Shown here piece after piece: positions 37,829 through 50,899 of a stretch of 64,000 nt of DNA (position 1 is its first letter; each line of letters starts with the position of its first letter). The notes beneath the pieces were generated by a model. That model saw nothing but the letters and a program-made list of their open reading frames with translations. It searched no databases and was not told the DNA's origin. Origin of the DNA: Moniliella sp. 'wahieum' (taxonomy: Eukaryota). The DNA lies in the NCBI GenBank assembly GCA_003971905.1, contig RSEE01000013.1, forward strand, positions 496,001-560,000, read 5' to 3'. Both the position numbers and the translations under genes were made by a program.

Positions 37829-40800
37829 ATGTCCATCGCCCCGTCCCTCGATCCGTCCGAGTGGGAAAAGTGGCTGGCCCGCTACCGCGCCGGCACCTGG
37901 CAGGACCCCGCTCTGCCCATCCTTCCCCGCTCCACCTCTTCCCGCACCATGCCCGTTGTCCAGGCCCCTCTTCCGCCCAAGCGCGCCTCCTCCAGCGTCC
38001 ACTTCAAACGCCCCGGTGTCTCCTTTGACGTCTCCATGGCCAGGGCCAACGCGTCTGCTGCTCACGCCACCGCCCCCCGCAGCAGCGCCCCCTCCGCCGG
38101 GTCCAGGGCCCGTCGCCAGCGACGCCGTCAGATTGCCCGTCAGCAGAACATGGTTACCGACGAGTCTGGCGAACAGCTGGACACACTTGGTGCGTATCCC
38201 CCCTCCCCCCCCCCCCCCCCCCGCCCACCTTCGGGCGCCACTGGATAGTACAGATCGCAGCAGCCTTTCGGGCTCCGTCTCCGATGCCGAACCTCGACCT
38301 GGTGCTAACCACTCCCATCCCCTTTTGTTTAACCATTGCAATATCCTCTTCCCCCTCTCTGTGTAGACTTTTTCAAGAAACACGGTTACATGAATGCCCC
38401 CAGCTTGTTGGGCAAAAAGCGCTCCCGCCGTGCTGCGCTCATCCGTCACGGCCTCTACCCACTGCAGAACCACCCCTTTTTGCAACGCTATGTCACGTTC
38501 CTCCAGACTGCGTTCAAAGTGCCCTATGCGGCGGTCACCATGCCCTCGGACAACCAAGAAGACATTAGTATCGTATCCCAAGCCGGTGGCGACGCCAACA
38601 TCACCAGCATTCCTCGTTACAAATCCCTCTGTTCCCATGCGATGCTGCACGATGGGTTGTTTATAGTGGAGGACATGTTGCAAGATTGGCGGTTCAAACA
38701 TGCTCCCTCTTCCGTCGGCGAGGGCTTTGAGGCAGTCGCGGACGGAGAGACATTCCGCTTTTATGCCTCAGTGCCGGTCAAGCTGTCGCTACCGGCCCAA
38801 GACCCTCGCTTTCCCGACGAGCACATTGATGTGGGCCGTCTGGTGATTATGGATCATGTGCCGCGCACGCTGGACGAGGCGGACGTGCATGTGCTCAATG
38901 ATATTTCGTTTATGGTGTCGGAGGCATTTGACAATGCCTACCGTGAACGCCTGGGCGAAAAGACGGCACGGATGGCACAGAGTTTGGGGTATCTAGCGCT
39001 GTCTGTCGACAACCCCAAATTGCTACGCAAGTTCAACAAGAGGCCGTCGGGGGGAAGTATGACTTCGTCTACGTCCGAAACCTCTGACCTGGACGAAGAA
39101 GCCGAGTCGTGCCAACGCACTCAACTTGTTTGCCAGTCGCTCCGATCCACGCTCAATGCCCAGACGGCGTTTGCGATTGACGTACGAGAGCTGAATATGG
39201 ATGCCCCCAAGCACCGTAGCCACCGGGAGCGCCGCCGACAGCGTGCCGCCTTCCCCCGCGCATCGTGGTCCCAAGCGTCCATCTCCCCGCTCGACTCACC
39301 TCAGACCGAGCTCCCGCCCGCCTCGGCCGAGCCTATCACGCTCGCGCGCAGCCTGGACGCAGCGCTGGACCCAGCACCGGATCTGCCATCGCCCCGACCG
39401 GGAAGCCAAACACCTCGTTCCCCTGGTTCTACCACCTTGACTACGCCTATCTCTTCTTCGCCCCGCGTAACGAGCGCCTACATCCCTGACACGGTCACCT
39501 ACGGACCGGATCTGTCTCGGCTCACGTTCGGCCACAACCCTGCCGGGGACGACGACGACGAGAATCGGCATGGACATGCTCATTTGCAAGCGTTTGATGG
39601 ACCCGACGAGGAAATGATGCCCGATGTGAGTTCGGCCGAGGCGGTGCGCGAATTGAAAGAACTCTTGTCTTTGGCCCAACAATCGCACAACCCGGGCCAA
39701 GCTCACTTTTGGGCCAACTTGGGCGATGGCTCCAACAGCAATTATCCCACCGATTCCGAACACGACCTCTCCACCACCGGTTCGGCGTCCAATCCGGGCT
39801 TGTCCGAGTCGTCCGAAGGCTCGGTCGAATTCAGTCCCTTGTCGGCCATTGTCACCAAAGACACGCGCATGTACGCCACGGTGCCCGTCTTGTCGGCGTC
39901 GCGGACCAAGATCCGCAAAGTGCTCGTGATTACCTTCCCGTCGCTCTTGGCATTGGATCAGTCGGACCTGCTCTTTCTCCATGCTGCTGCCAACATTTTG
40001 CACGCCTCGATCACGCGGCAAGAGGCCGCTGCGGCCGAGCAGGCTCAGCTGGCGTTTATCCAAACTGTGCAACATGAGCTGCGCACGCCGCTGCATGGGA
40101 TTTTGGGCGTGGCGGAAGATTTGCGGCATGCGCTGCACAACCGCTCCTTGGTAACCGAGGCAGAGAAGCACTGTTTGACCCAAACCGAGTACTTGGACCG
40201 GTCGCTCGAGGTGATTGAATTGGCTGGTTCGTCGCTTACCAGGCTGTTGGACGATGTGTTGGATTTTGGCCAGGTGACTGGGGTCAAGTCGGTTTCGGAT
40301 CCCGTTTCGCGCGCGGGGCAGGTGGATGAGACGGAGGCGTTTGAGATGCTGGACATTGATGAGTGGATCGAGGATTTGGCGCGAAAGATTTATGCGTACG
40401 AAAAGATGATGCGACGAGTCAAGTCAGGGCAACTGGCCCTGTCTCGCGCCAAAGAGAGCCGGGCCATGCCCGATTTTATTCTGCGCTTGTCGGACGAAGT
40501 GCAAGCGTGGGCATGGGTAACGAGGACCACCGCCTTGACCAAGGTGATCAATCGGATCGTCGGCAACGCCTTCCGCTTCACCGATTCGGGCGAAATTGAG
40601 TTACGAGTGGATGTGGTGGAAGGGGAAGGAAATGAGGACCAGCTCTTGTTTACTATTTCGGACACGGGCGCGGGCATGTCCCAAGACTTTATTCGTCACC
40701 AACTCTTCCGTCCGTTTACCAAGGGCTCCTCTTTTACCCCAGGCGCTGGGTTGGGTATGACGTTGGTGGCGCTGCTGGCCCAAGAGATGGGCGCACAGCT

Positions 40801-42176
40801 TCACGTTAGTTCCGAGTGCGGCACAGGGACACAAATTTCGTTGCGGGTGCCGGCGGAACGGGTGCAGCCGATCGAAGGCGATAGCCACTTGGACGGAGTA
40901 GGCGACGCGCGGATGAGTGCCGCGCCTACCGCCCCTCCGCTCTTCTTTTTCATCCAGCCGTCGCCCAAGAAGGCACTGATTGAGTTTGTTCAGCACGAAC
41001 TGCTCAAACAGGGGCTGGTCCCGGCCCGGTCAATGGCCGAAGCCAATGTGGTGGTGTGGATACGGTGGACACATCCGCGTTCAACTTAACGTCGGTTGAC
41101 TTGCATCCCGATGCCAAGGTCGTCCTGTTGGGTTCGGCGGGCATGTCGTTACCGTCGACGGGACGGTTCATTGGGCACCCCATGTACGTCATGCGGCCCC
41201 CGCATGGTCCTCGCGAACTTCGACGCATGATGGCGTTTGTCAAGGACGACCATGCCAAGTTGGTGCAGAATACGATGATGCTGGTGCGCGATTTGGATGC
41301 GGTATCGGTCGCGTCGTCCACGGCCACTTCCATCTCCCATGGAACGTACGAAGACGGCTCGACACCCCCCTCTCCCCCCACCCTCCTCGGCTGGCTACAA
41401 CCACGTGTACAGCCAGCATAGCCCCAGGCACGTACGCGGCGCTCGTGCCGCCCGACGTGGACGTGCCTGGGGCGGACACCAAGCGCGGCAAAGAGGAATT
41501 CAAAGTGTTGGTCGTGGAGGACAATCCTATCAATATGCGGTTATTAACTACGATCGTCAAACGACTTGGGTTCCAGTACGCCGAAGCGGTAGATGGCGCC
41601 GAGGCGGTGAGCAAGTACATGGCGTTCGAACCGGTGGTCATCTTACTCGACATTTCGCTCCCGGTCCAAGAGGGTTTGCGGCCGCGCGGCAGATCCGTAC
41701 GCGAGCGGCACCTTGGGCTTGACGCCCTTGATTGTCGCCATCACGGCCTTGTCGTCAGAACAGGACCAACAACGTGGCCTGTTCGAATGTGGGATGGACG
41801 GTGGCGCACCAAACCGTTTCCCCCGTGCCTTGTCGGCCGAATTGCAAGATTGGTTTCAACGCTGGCTCGATCGCCCTTTCGACCATTTGCTTCCCCCGTC
41901 CCACACGCCACTTTGGCCCCCAGCACCAGCACCAGCGACAGTACCACCACCAGCACAGGAACAGGCACAGACACAGCCTCCCCTTGTCCCCGGTCCCCCG
42001 CTGCGCAAAAGCTTGCGGCGTCCAGGTCGAGCCCTGCTCTCTCTTCCCCGTCCCCGTCCGCCTCCCCGTCCGCCTCCCCGTCCGCCTCCCCGTCCGCCTC
42101 CCCGTCCGCTTCCCCGTCCCGACCTCAGCCCTCATCTGAGTCCCACTCTCCGTCCCACCAACTCTCATCGCGATGA
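37829..42176 (+). CDS. Hybrid sensor histidine kinase (GAF-HisKA-HATPase-REC)
   Basis: GAF (SLCSHAML, DMLQDWRF, FRFYASVP), H-box FIQTVQHELRTPLHGILG, N-box IVGNAFRFT, G1 ISDTGAGMS, F-box LFRPFTK, G2 GAGLGM, receiver VLVVEDNPINM...ILLDISLP...TKP. In-frame intron 38190-38366. Ends approximate because of indels. Confidence 0.88.
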
Positions 42177-43219
42177 ATGTACCGCGGCCGTGGCGGCGGC
42201 GGGGAAGGGGGTAGGATCCACGCAAACAAGGAGGCTGGGATCGTAGAGTCGGCTCTTTTGTCTGTGTTTGTGTCTTTGTCTTTGTCGGTGTCGGTGTTTG
42301 CGTTGACGGGTGTGGATGCGGGTGCGGGTAAGGGTATACGGTTGGGATGCTCGTTTGGTGAATTGGTTGTGCCTGCCCTCCTGCCCATCCGCCCTAAGGC
42401 CTAAGGCTCCGTCTCGTACGCCCGTAGGGCCCTGCATGTCCGTCGGCACTAGTTTTGTTTTCTTTGGTTTGCTGGTTTGCATCACGTCTTCAAGCTTTAT
42501 TCGTGAAAAAGGATACTTTTAGGCCTCCTCTCGCTATTCCCCCCTCCTCATCGATCATCCCATCCCATCCCATCCCATCTCGTTTGTCTCGTCTTGTCTC
42601 ATGTGCTTGCTTGGGGTTCGGCCACTCTCCTATCTTGCTGCCAATCCCATCAACTCTCCCGCCCTCCCGCGCACCAGCGCACCAGCCCTCCGGGCGTGGG
42701 CTTACTGCCCCACCCACCACCCGACTCTCCGCGTTGCTATAGTACCAATCCACTATCCATCTCCCCGCGCGCCCGTCCAGGCCAGCAAGCATGTCTTGTC
42801 CCAGCAGCCAACGGCAGGCACAAGTATGAGAGAGACAAACGGAAAGAGAAAGAGGAAGAAAAATAAAAATGGGTCAATCAGTCGGGGGTAGAGCAACTTG
42901 GGGGGGGGGGGGGGGGCAGGAAAGGTGTAGTTGGGACAGGCAGGAAGGGCAAGGTGGGGCGCGAGGAACGAGAAACTAGAGTAAGGGTAAGGGTAAGGGC
43001 ACGGCGAGTCAGACACGGTGGGTGGAGGCGACCATGGCGGTGTGTAGTAACAGCGTATCGGACAGAGATACCATGGGAAAGAGAGCGAAGGGGTAGAGGG
43101 CGAGAGAGACACAAGAAGGCAAAGAGCGCCTTGGAAGAAACGATGCGTAAAAAACCGTAAGAGGGTACGGCGGACACGGTGGGCCACTCTTCCTGCCCCC
43201 CTTTGTTTGGGTGGTTTCG

Positions 43220-46200
43220 TCACGCCACATAGGGGGGTGCCACCATCAACGTCGTACCGGGCACAGCGGGCGCAACCGAAGGAAGCAACTCGCCTTCGTC
43301 CGTACCGGAAGAGTGCGGGACAGCAATCTGCAGCGAATCGAGCAACGCAGCGACGGCTGTCGTGCTCTGCGTGGCCCCGCCCGCGGCCACCTGCGCCGCG
43401 GGCGGGAGCAAGACGACGACGAGCTCCGTGCTGCTTGGCTGGCACCAACGCATCTCTCCTTCCCCGTTCGCCTCGGACTCCGAGTCGGCCTCGCTTGACT
43501 CTTCCTCCAACCGGGCCGAAGGCGGTGGCGCACCAGCCAACGCCGAGCGCAGATCCGACACCGTCGTCGGTCCCGCCCCGCCCGTTTCCACCGACGGGGC
43601 AGGACGAAAGAGGGGGCCTGTGGACGCCCCCTCTCCCGCAGGCACCACGCTGGGTGCCACCGAGCGTCGTCCAGCGCTGGGACCGGAACTGGGTCCAAGG
43701 CTGAGCCCCCCGTGCTACGAGCAAACGAGGCGCGTGACCCACCAAACGATGCCCCACGCACCGTCGCACCGCCCACCAAATGAGGTTGCAGCAGCGACGC
43801 CGACGCAAGTGACTTACCCCCGTGCCCGGCCGACCAAGCTGTGGGAGCAGCCAAGTTGAGCCCCGAAAAGTCCGATGGACCAAAGCCCGTGTCATCAGCG
43901 TTAGTAGCCAAGGGCGAGGTCCCGGTAAAGCTATCGTCCACCGCTTGCTCCACCGACCAGGGACGGCGGAACCATTGAGCCAATTGGGCCTCAGTCAAGG
44001 TGCTGGCCGCTTGTAGGCCGGGAGCCTTGCTAAAGTACGAGATGAGCGTCTCGTGGTTCACCACTGGCAGCATCTTGAGTACTTTCTCTTCAAACCCAGA
44101 CGGCGCGTCCCCCGGCGGGAAGGGGGACACGTCTTCGGGCGGCTGAAGCGAGTCGGGCGCCGAGGGCATATCCATCTCTGTCGCTGGCAGCGACTCGAGG
44201 TGCTGAAAAGCGCATGGGGGGATAAGCAAGGCAGGTTAGCTTTGGGCAAAGAGGGAAAAGAGAACAAAGTGCGAGCAGAGGGGAGGGAGAAAACGTACGT
44301 CCAGGAACATGTTGTGCAATTCAAACGCGCCCACTTTTTGCGCCGCCAAGGCATAGGTGTGGAGAATGACCCCCTTGATCGCATATAGCCGTTGGGCCTC
44401 AATCCCACCCCACGAATTGGGAATGAGGTAGTGCTCGCGCCGCTCGAACTTGGACGCCAGACGCGAGGGGGCTTGGTCCTCGAGGTACATGAGCATGGGC
44501 AGGAACGCAAGCAAGGCCGAGACGGGTAGATGGTTGATTGCGTTTTCTAGAATCGCCTTGATCGCCCCATAATCCACCGGGTTGGCCGACGCAATAAAGT
44601 CGGGCACAATCGGACGGTGCGGGTTGCCATTGGAGCCCTCAACACCCAGCAGCAAGTCCAGCGTACGAGGTGAGGTAGCATGGTCGGGCACAAACAGTGC
44701 ACGGCAATCGCCAGTTCAAACACACCCGCCGCCACAGCATGCAGCGTTCCAATCGTCTGTTCCACCGATCGAATGTAGACATTGTTCCAGGGCGTCTTGC
44801 CGACGCTCGCCCTGGCTTCCTCGGTTGCCGGAAGTTCGCTGACCGTCGTGCCCGTCGACGTTGTCTCGGCCCGAAGGAAGAGGACGAGCGTTTGGGCAAA
44901 GGCCAAACGGCAAATGGCCGAGGGCCACGCCAACAGACCCGAGATGGGGTGCAAGACGCTCAACGGAATGTTGGCCACTGTCTTGTTGGACAAGGCATGC
45001 GCCGGGCGTTTCGACGATCCCACCTTGGCGCTGGACTTTGTCAGAGGCTGGTCCACTTCTGCCCCGTCCGAGTCGGACCGGTTGTCCCGTTCCACCTCTT
45101 CAAATGCGTCCCCTTGCACATCCACCTCCACGTTGGCGGCCGGCTGCGGGAGCGACGTGTCCGAGTGCAAGTTGCGTAGGGTCGCCATCAGCGCATAAAG
45201 CAGCACCCGAATACTCTCATCCTTCTGTTGCTCTTCGTCCGTGTCGGCTTGACGAGCTGGGGCGTGACCGCCGTACAACGAATCCGTCTCGCCTGCCGCA
45301 ACGGCAACAATGTCCGATTCCGGTCGCTGCAGCACCTCAATTCGCTCCGAAATCTCCTCGGCAATGTCGGCCATTTGCTCGGCATAGTACACATGGTTGC
45401 TCAGCGCACCAATGGTGCGCACCAAGTCCGGGAGCAACGGGTCATCCAAGTCGGCATGTACGCGTTGGACAGTCAAGCCAAGGAAGTTGTCGACTAACTC
45501 GGACGAGGCCAGTCCGATGAGTGATACGTTGCTCTCCAACACGCGCTGAATCATGAGCACGAGCGTGACTTGCTGTACACTGGGCTGGGTGGCAACCTGG
45601 TGGGAACCAGGCGCGTCGGTGCCAGCGTCCATCAACCGGTCGGCCAGAACATGGACTATCGTGCAACGGTATTGCACGCCCGTCCAGAGCACGTATACCT
45701 TGGCCAGCCAGGTGCACCACGCCGACGCGCGCCAGTATGAATGCGCAGCGGGCCGTTTTCCCTCAATGAAATCAAGCGTCTGCGCAGTGAGGAGCTGTAG
45801 TTGTCCAGCGTCCGCGCTGGAGAGGAGCGCATGAAGGATATGCATCGCTTCTTGCGTTACGCTGCGCACCGACAAGCTCGGGTCGTGCGCGGCGCCGCGC
45901 CAGTCTCAGCGGCTTCGGTGTGCGCCCGCACCCGGTCTGCGGCATAGTGAGATGGAGCGGCGCGCGAGACCAGCTGGCTGCGGGTCGAGTTCGCAGCGGC
46001 AGCCAAATCCTCATTCACATCGTCCGGAACCAGTTCACGGGCCGTTTCCTCGAGGAAAGGCATATCGATGATGTCGTCGGACGTGTTGCGCGCCGCGGCC
46101 GATTTGTCGGTCGTCGGGGCCAAGTTGACCAACAGGGCAGGCAGAAGAATGGCCGTGAGTTGAGAAAAGGTCGAGCCATAGAGCAGCTCACCGCTCACCA

Positions 46201-46800
46201 GCCCGCGGAGGGCAGCAAGTCCGGCGAGCCGGGCCCGCGCTTCATCGTCCTGGTCTATGCCTTTTAGGTTGGCGACGGGTCGGCACAGGCCAACGTGGCA
46301 AAGTCAACGAGAAGCGCACCGAGGGAAGAGCGGGAGCCCGAGTCGAGGATGGTGATCTGCGGGTCGATGACGGTTGCAAATGTGTAGAAGAGGCTGGCGG
46401 CGCGCAGGGTAAGTTCAATGTCACGTTTGGCGTCGGGGGCAGCGGTGCGGGCGGTACCAAGGGTGGCGAGGAGAATGGCCTGGACGGGTTTTTCAAAGTA
46501 GTTGAGGCTCAAGGGCGTGTTTTGCACCAGGGCTTCGGCAATGGCGAGAGTGACCATGAGCCCGGCCTTGGCCTGGTCGTGGGGGCGAGAAAGCTGGCGG
46601 GCATAGGCCTTGGCGCGCTCGGCGAGGACATGACCGACCTTGAGGAGCTTGGAAGGCTTGTTGGCAGCGTAGTACTCGAGCTTGCCGAGCTCGTTGGAGT
46701 TGGGGCGGTACTCGGGGGCAGAGGCGACGAGGGCCTTGGGGGGGGGGTAGCACGCGTCCACCAGGGCACGGTGGTTGGGCTTGGGGATGCCGGGGGCCAT
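43220..46800 (-). CDS. EFR3: EFR3 (PI4-kinase Stt4 complex scaffold)
   Basis: N-terminus NHRALVDACYPP...PNSNELGKLEYYAANKPSKL.KVG is characteristic of EFR3. Also YYAEQMADIAEEI and a C-terminal ...PPYVA*. Intron 44203-44298; multiple indels. Confidence 0.85.
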
Positions 46801-48058
46801 GGCGGCGGGGGGGAGGGGGCGGAGGGGGAGGGTGGTGGGGCGGGGCGAGGCGGGGCGGGGTGAATGCGGGCGGCGGGGGTGGGCGTGCTGGGTGGCGCCC
46901 GGCAGGCTCCGTCTGCTGTGCGCCATGGCAGACTGCAGCCCCGCCGCCGGCCCGCAGTAGTCACTCTGGCGTTTCGCTCGTGGCCGGCGCGCATTCACGG
47001 TATATTCTCGGCGAGCATTCACGCCGCCCCGCTTACGTCACCGGCTGTCGTGCGGGGCACATCGCTCGGGCGCTGCCCAGCTGCCCCGCCCCCGCACGGC
47101 GCCAGTGCCGGCCGCCACCCACCCTGGCCTCTCTGGCATGGCCCCCTGCAGCGTCGCTGGCCTTCCCTGGCGGGGTGCCTGCTGGCATCCGCACGCGCCC
47201 CCAGGCCCAGCTCCCGATCTACCCCAGCCTATGTACACCCGCAGGGCACCCACCCACACTCGCCCCGCGCCGGCTGGTCACATGCACATCACATCTCCAC
47301 ATCCTCGTTCTGCTGCTCCCCTGCTGCTCCCGTTCACGCGGTCACGCGCATTCCCCCAGCACCCAATCGTTCACGTCGAACGCCGCGGACTGCACACACC
47401 AGCGAGAGCCCTCTTCCACCCACCATCGTGTAGGCTACCCCCGTTCCGTTCACTTGTCAGTACTCAGTACTAGCGGGACGAGGCAGCGAGCCCAAAGTCG
47501 AGTTCATTGGGCCACGCCCCACGCGCTCGCTCTCGTCTCTGCATCGATCAAAACAAGACGCACTGGATACCCATTCACCGGTCACCCCTCCTGTGGTCTG
47601 CTTGCAACAGTAAAGAGGGGGGCAGGGATAGGGGTTGAACAGAGGTCCAATGTTCCATCTCGCAAATAGTATATCCATGTGTTGGTCGTTTCTTCCTGTG
47701 TTGCCAGAACCGCGGCGCCATGACCCCAAGATCTCAAGCAGTGGAAAAGTCAAGAGAACGGGGAAAAGGCGGGGGGAAGGAGAGACAAGGAGAGAACTAC
47801 TTCGGTGTGCAACCTCTCGCACCATTCCTCCTGCCAGAGGGCAACTGAACAGACAGGGCAGGGCAGGGAGCAGGTCTACCACGAACTATAAGGTCGATCC
47901 CAGTGGCACACACAGCTACCCCAGTCCACTCGCATTCAGCGTTCGCATCGAGTCGGGACCAAATAGGACACAGCGGCGTACATTGGCCATGGGGGGACAC
48001 ACACACAAGGAAGAAGACAGGCGGTTACACAGGCGACCAAATGCATTGGAGAAGCATG

Positions 48059-48147
48059 AGGGGGGAGGGAGGGGGGAGGGAGGGGGGAGGGAGGGGGGAG
48101 GGAGGGGGGAGGGAGGGGGGAGGGAGGGGGGAGGGAGGGGGGAGGGA
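48059..48147. repeat. G-rich (GGGGGGAGGGA)n tract downstream of the PP2C gene
   Basis: About 90 nt of only G and A, read directly. Confidence 0.85.
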
Positions 48148-48321
48148 AGATATGTCTTGTCCAACACCCAACAGCAGCCACCAGGGACTTGGGACCAACA
48201 ACGCCCCGTCACCCCCATGCCACCGCACGAGAACGCAAGTGTGCAGGGGGGGAAAGGGGGGTTGGTGGGCAAGGTGCCAGGTCACACGTTGTTTTCAAGG
48301 TCATTGTCCAGCGCAAAAGAA

Positions 48322-49961
48322 TTAGGTCGCCTTGGGTTTGTCCTCCGTCGAAGCTTCCGAGCTTGGTTCGTCCTCCACCTCGGTCAGCGTCGCGCCATGC
48401 TCCGCCTTGTCCTCTGCATCGTCGTCCTCTTCCGAGGCAATGTGCGCCTCGTAGATCTGGTCTCCCTCCGACGAGGTGCCGGGGCCCGGGCGGAGCACAA
48501 TGCCAGCGCCAGCAAGCGCTTGCGCCAATGCACCGGGTAACCGCAACCCCGACCCTTCGTCATCATCCTGTCCGCCCTGCAAGTCGCCAGCCAAGGCAGA
48601 GAAGATGCTCATCGGCGGACCACCCTGTCCGCCCAGGCTCAGTCGCACCGTTCCATCCTCCTCTTCCTCGTCCGCGTCCGAGCCGTCGGGCCCAAGCCCA
48701 GTCCCGCCACGCGAACGGAACACCTCGGGGATCGTCTCGGGTGTATCCCATCCAACCTTGTTGTCGACGCGCTCCTTGATCCAGGCATAGTACTCCTCCT
48801 TCGTCCGTCCGCCCAGCAAGGCCACAATCTCAATCGTCATGTTGTCGCATCCAATGCCACCCGCCTCCGAAGGCGGCGCAAGGCACTTGTCCATAATCTG
48901 CTCGCACAGAGCCTTGGGTTCCTCGCCCTTGGCCAGACCGCGACGGACAAAGTCCACCACCTGCTGGTTCGAGAGACAGTCCCAGATCCCATCGCAGGCA
49001 AGCACCAGGAACTCTCCTCGCCCGTCACGTCGTGAATGACAATCTCCGGATCGGCCGTGACAATCTGTTGCTCGGGCGGCAGGTCCGGGTTCTGCTTAAA
49101 CTCAAAGTCGCCAATCGCGCGCGACAGGGCCAAGTTGCCATTGACCCGACCAAACTCGACAAAGCCACCGGCAGCGCAGATACGCGCATTCTCGTCCGGG
49201 TTGGTAGGCTTGTGGTCAAACGACATGGGCTTTGCCTCGCCCTGCAGGGACAACACACTGCGCGAATCGCCCGAGTTGGCCACATAGATTCTCCGTGCCA
49301 CTTTTCTGGCTTGTCCGGCTGTGGCACCTCGTTCGCCTTCTCCTCAGCCGTCTTGGGCGTCTTGACCAGCAGCGCGGCCACCGCCGTACACCCACTCGGG
49401 TCTTGCGCATACTGCGGCGACGCACGCAGCGCCTCGTCAGTCGCGAGGAAGGCACGCTTGAGCGCAGCCGGGTAGTCGCCCTTCTTGTACTCCTCCGTCT
49501 CAATCAGGCGCGTGTGCACCGTCTTGCCAGAGAACTGGGCGACCGCAGAGCCTAATGTGGGAACCACACGTCAGACACCATGAGAGGTGGGGGGAGGGCG
49601 AGAAAAAGGGAGAGGGGTACGTACCGCCATGGCCGTCATAGACAGCAAAGAAGCTGGTCTTTTCGTCGCCGACTTTGCCGTCGAGGTTGAGGATGGTCGC
49701 ATGGGCATCCTCCATGCCTGCCAGGAACGCAAAGCAGAGTCAATACGAGGGAGGATGTGAGAGGGGGGAGAGGAAGGGGGACCTACCCAGACGCCAGCCT
49801 TGCATCTCCGAACAGCCATAGATGATGGTGTCGTCCTCATCAAAGAGGGTGTGCTGGAGGGGAGAGGGGGGGGGGGGGGGTCAGTCAGATGCGGCGCGGG
49901 CAGAGGCGGGGAGGAGGCGGCGCACCTTTTCGGTGATGGGTTCCGAGAGGGTCTGGCCCAT
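48322..49961 (-). CDS. PTC2: Protein phosphatase 2C, Ptc2/Ptc3 type
   Basis: [83 protein letters not shown]. Three 5' introns; indels. Confidence 0.93.
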
Positions 49962-50899
49962 GGTGGTAGCGGCGGCGGGGGGGAGGGGCTGGGAGGGGGC
50001 GCAGGGGCGGGGGATGGTGGGGCAGCAGAGACAGCGCCCGAAAAAAAAGCCGGGGAGAGGCGGACGGGCTGGCGGACAGACAATCGCCGGGGGAGCTCCG
50101 AGCTGGACGGCGGCGGCAGGGCGGCAGAGGGCGAGAGGCGCCGTGAGGCTGCGAGAGCCTGCGAGAGCCGGCCAGCGCCTGCCAGACTAACCCCGTCCGG
50201 GCCCTCCCCCTGCCGCTGGCCAGACGCGTCCCGCGGAATTAGGCGGAACGCGCTCGCAGAAAAAAAATATTTGCAGCGGCTGCGCTCTTGCGCCATCGCG
50301 CTTCTTCACCCATCCCTCACCCGTCTGCTGCGTAGCGCTTAGCGCTTACGCGCTTATTCCAGCCATTTCCTCACTTGCCTCGTGCCCGCCAGCCGCTTCC
50401 CGTGTTTGAAATTTGCAGTTGGTGGCTTCTGGCACAGAAGTCCAGCCTCGGATGGGTGCCATCAAAACACAAGTGTCACAGCTGTATCTACAGCAGCAGC
50501 GCAATGGCATCCCCCGCTCCACCATGGCCACACATATCAAGCAACTTTGCCATCCACAGCTGGCCGTCAGTTTTTTCGGCAAGGGCAATGGAGGTTATGG
50601 GAAGACCACTGTTTGTACACAACGAACCAGGCTGCCCCACTTGCTCCGTATCATCCAGTGCAAGGCGAGAGCAGGACGATGTGCTGACTTAACAGGAGAT
50701 GGAAGGATGACGATCATATTCATCCAGCGGAAAGAGGGCGAGGTATATGTGCCTCGGAGAAGAAGAGAACATGCGAGCCAAGTTACACGGAGAAAGAAAG
50801 GGGAGCATAGTCAAAGGAGGAAAACAGGCTCTAGAACAAATCAGGGACCAGTCAACCTGGTGACTAGAAGTGTGACCAGGTGGAGGGTCTGATCCCAAC

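Noticed and set aside
42980..43000. (TAAGGG)3 here and TAACCCTAA at about 53418 as interstitial telomere repeats
   Set aside because: Too short, and the TAAGGG unit is not canonical TTAGGG. Compatible with ordinary microsatellites like the (GGGAAA)n tracts at about 5280 and 62420.
50570..50612. Walker-A-like GNGGYGKTT in ORF 50413-50892
   Set aside because: No Walker B or other NTPase context. The ORF has no convincing start and lies next to a decayed retroelement, so this is likely chance.
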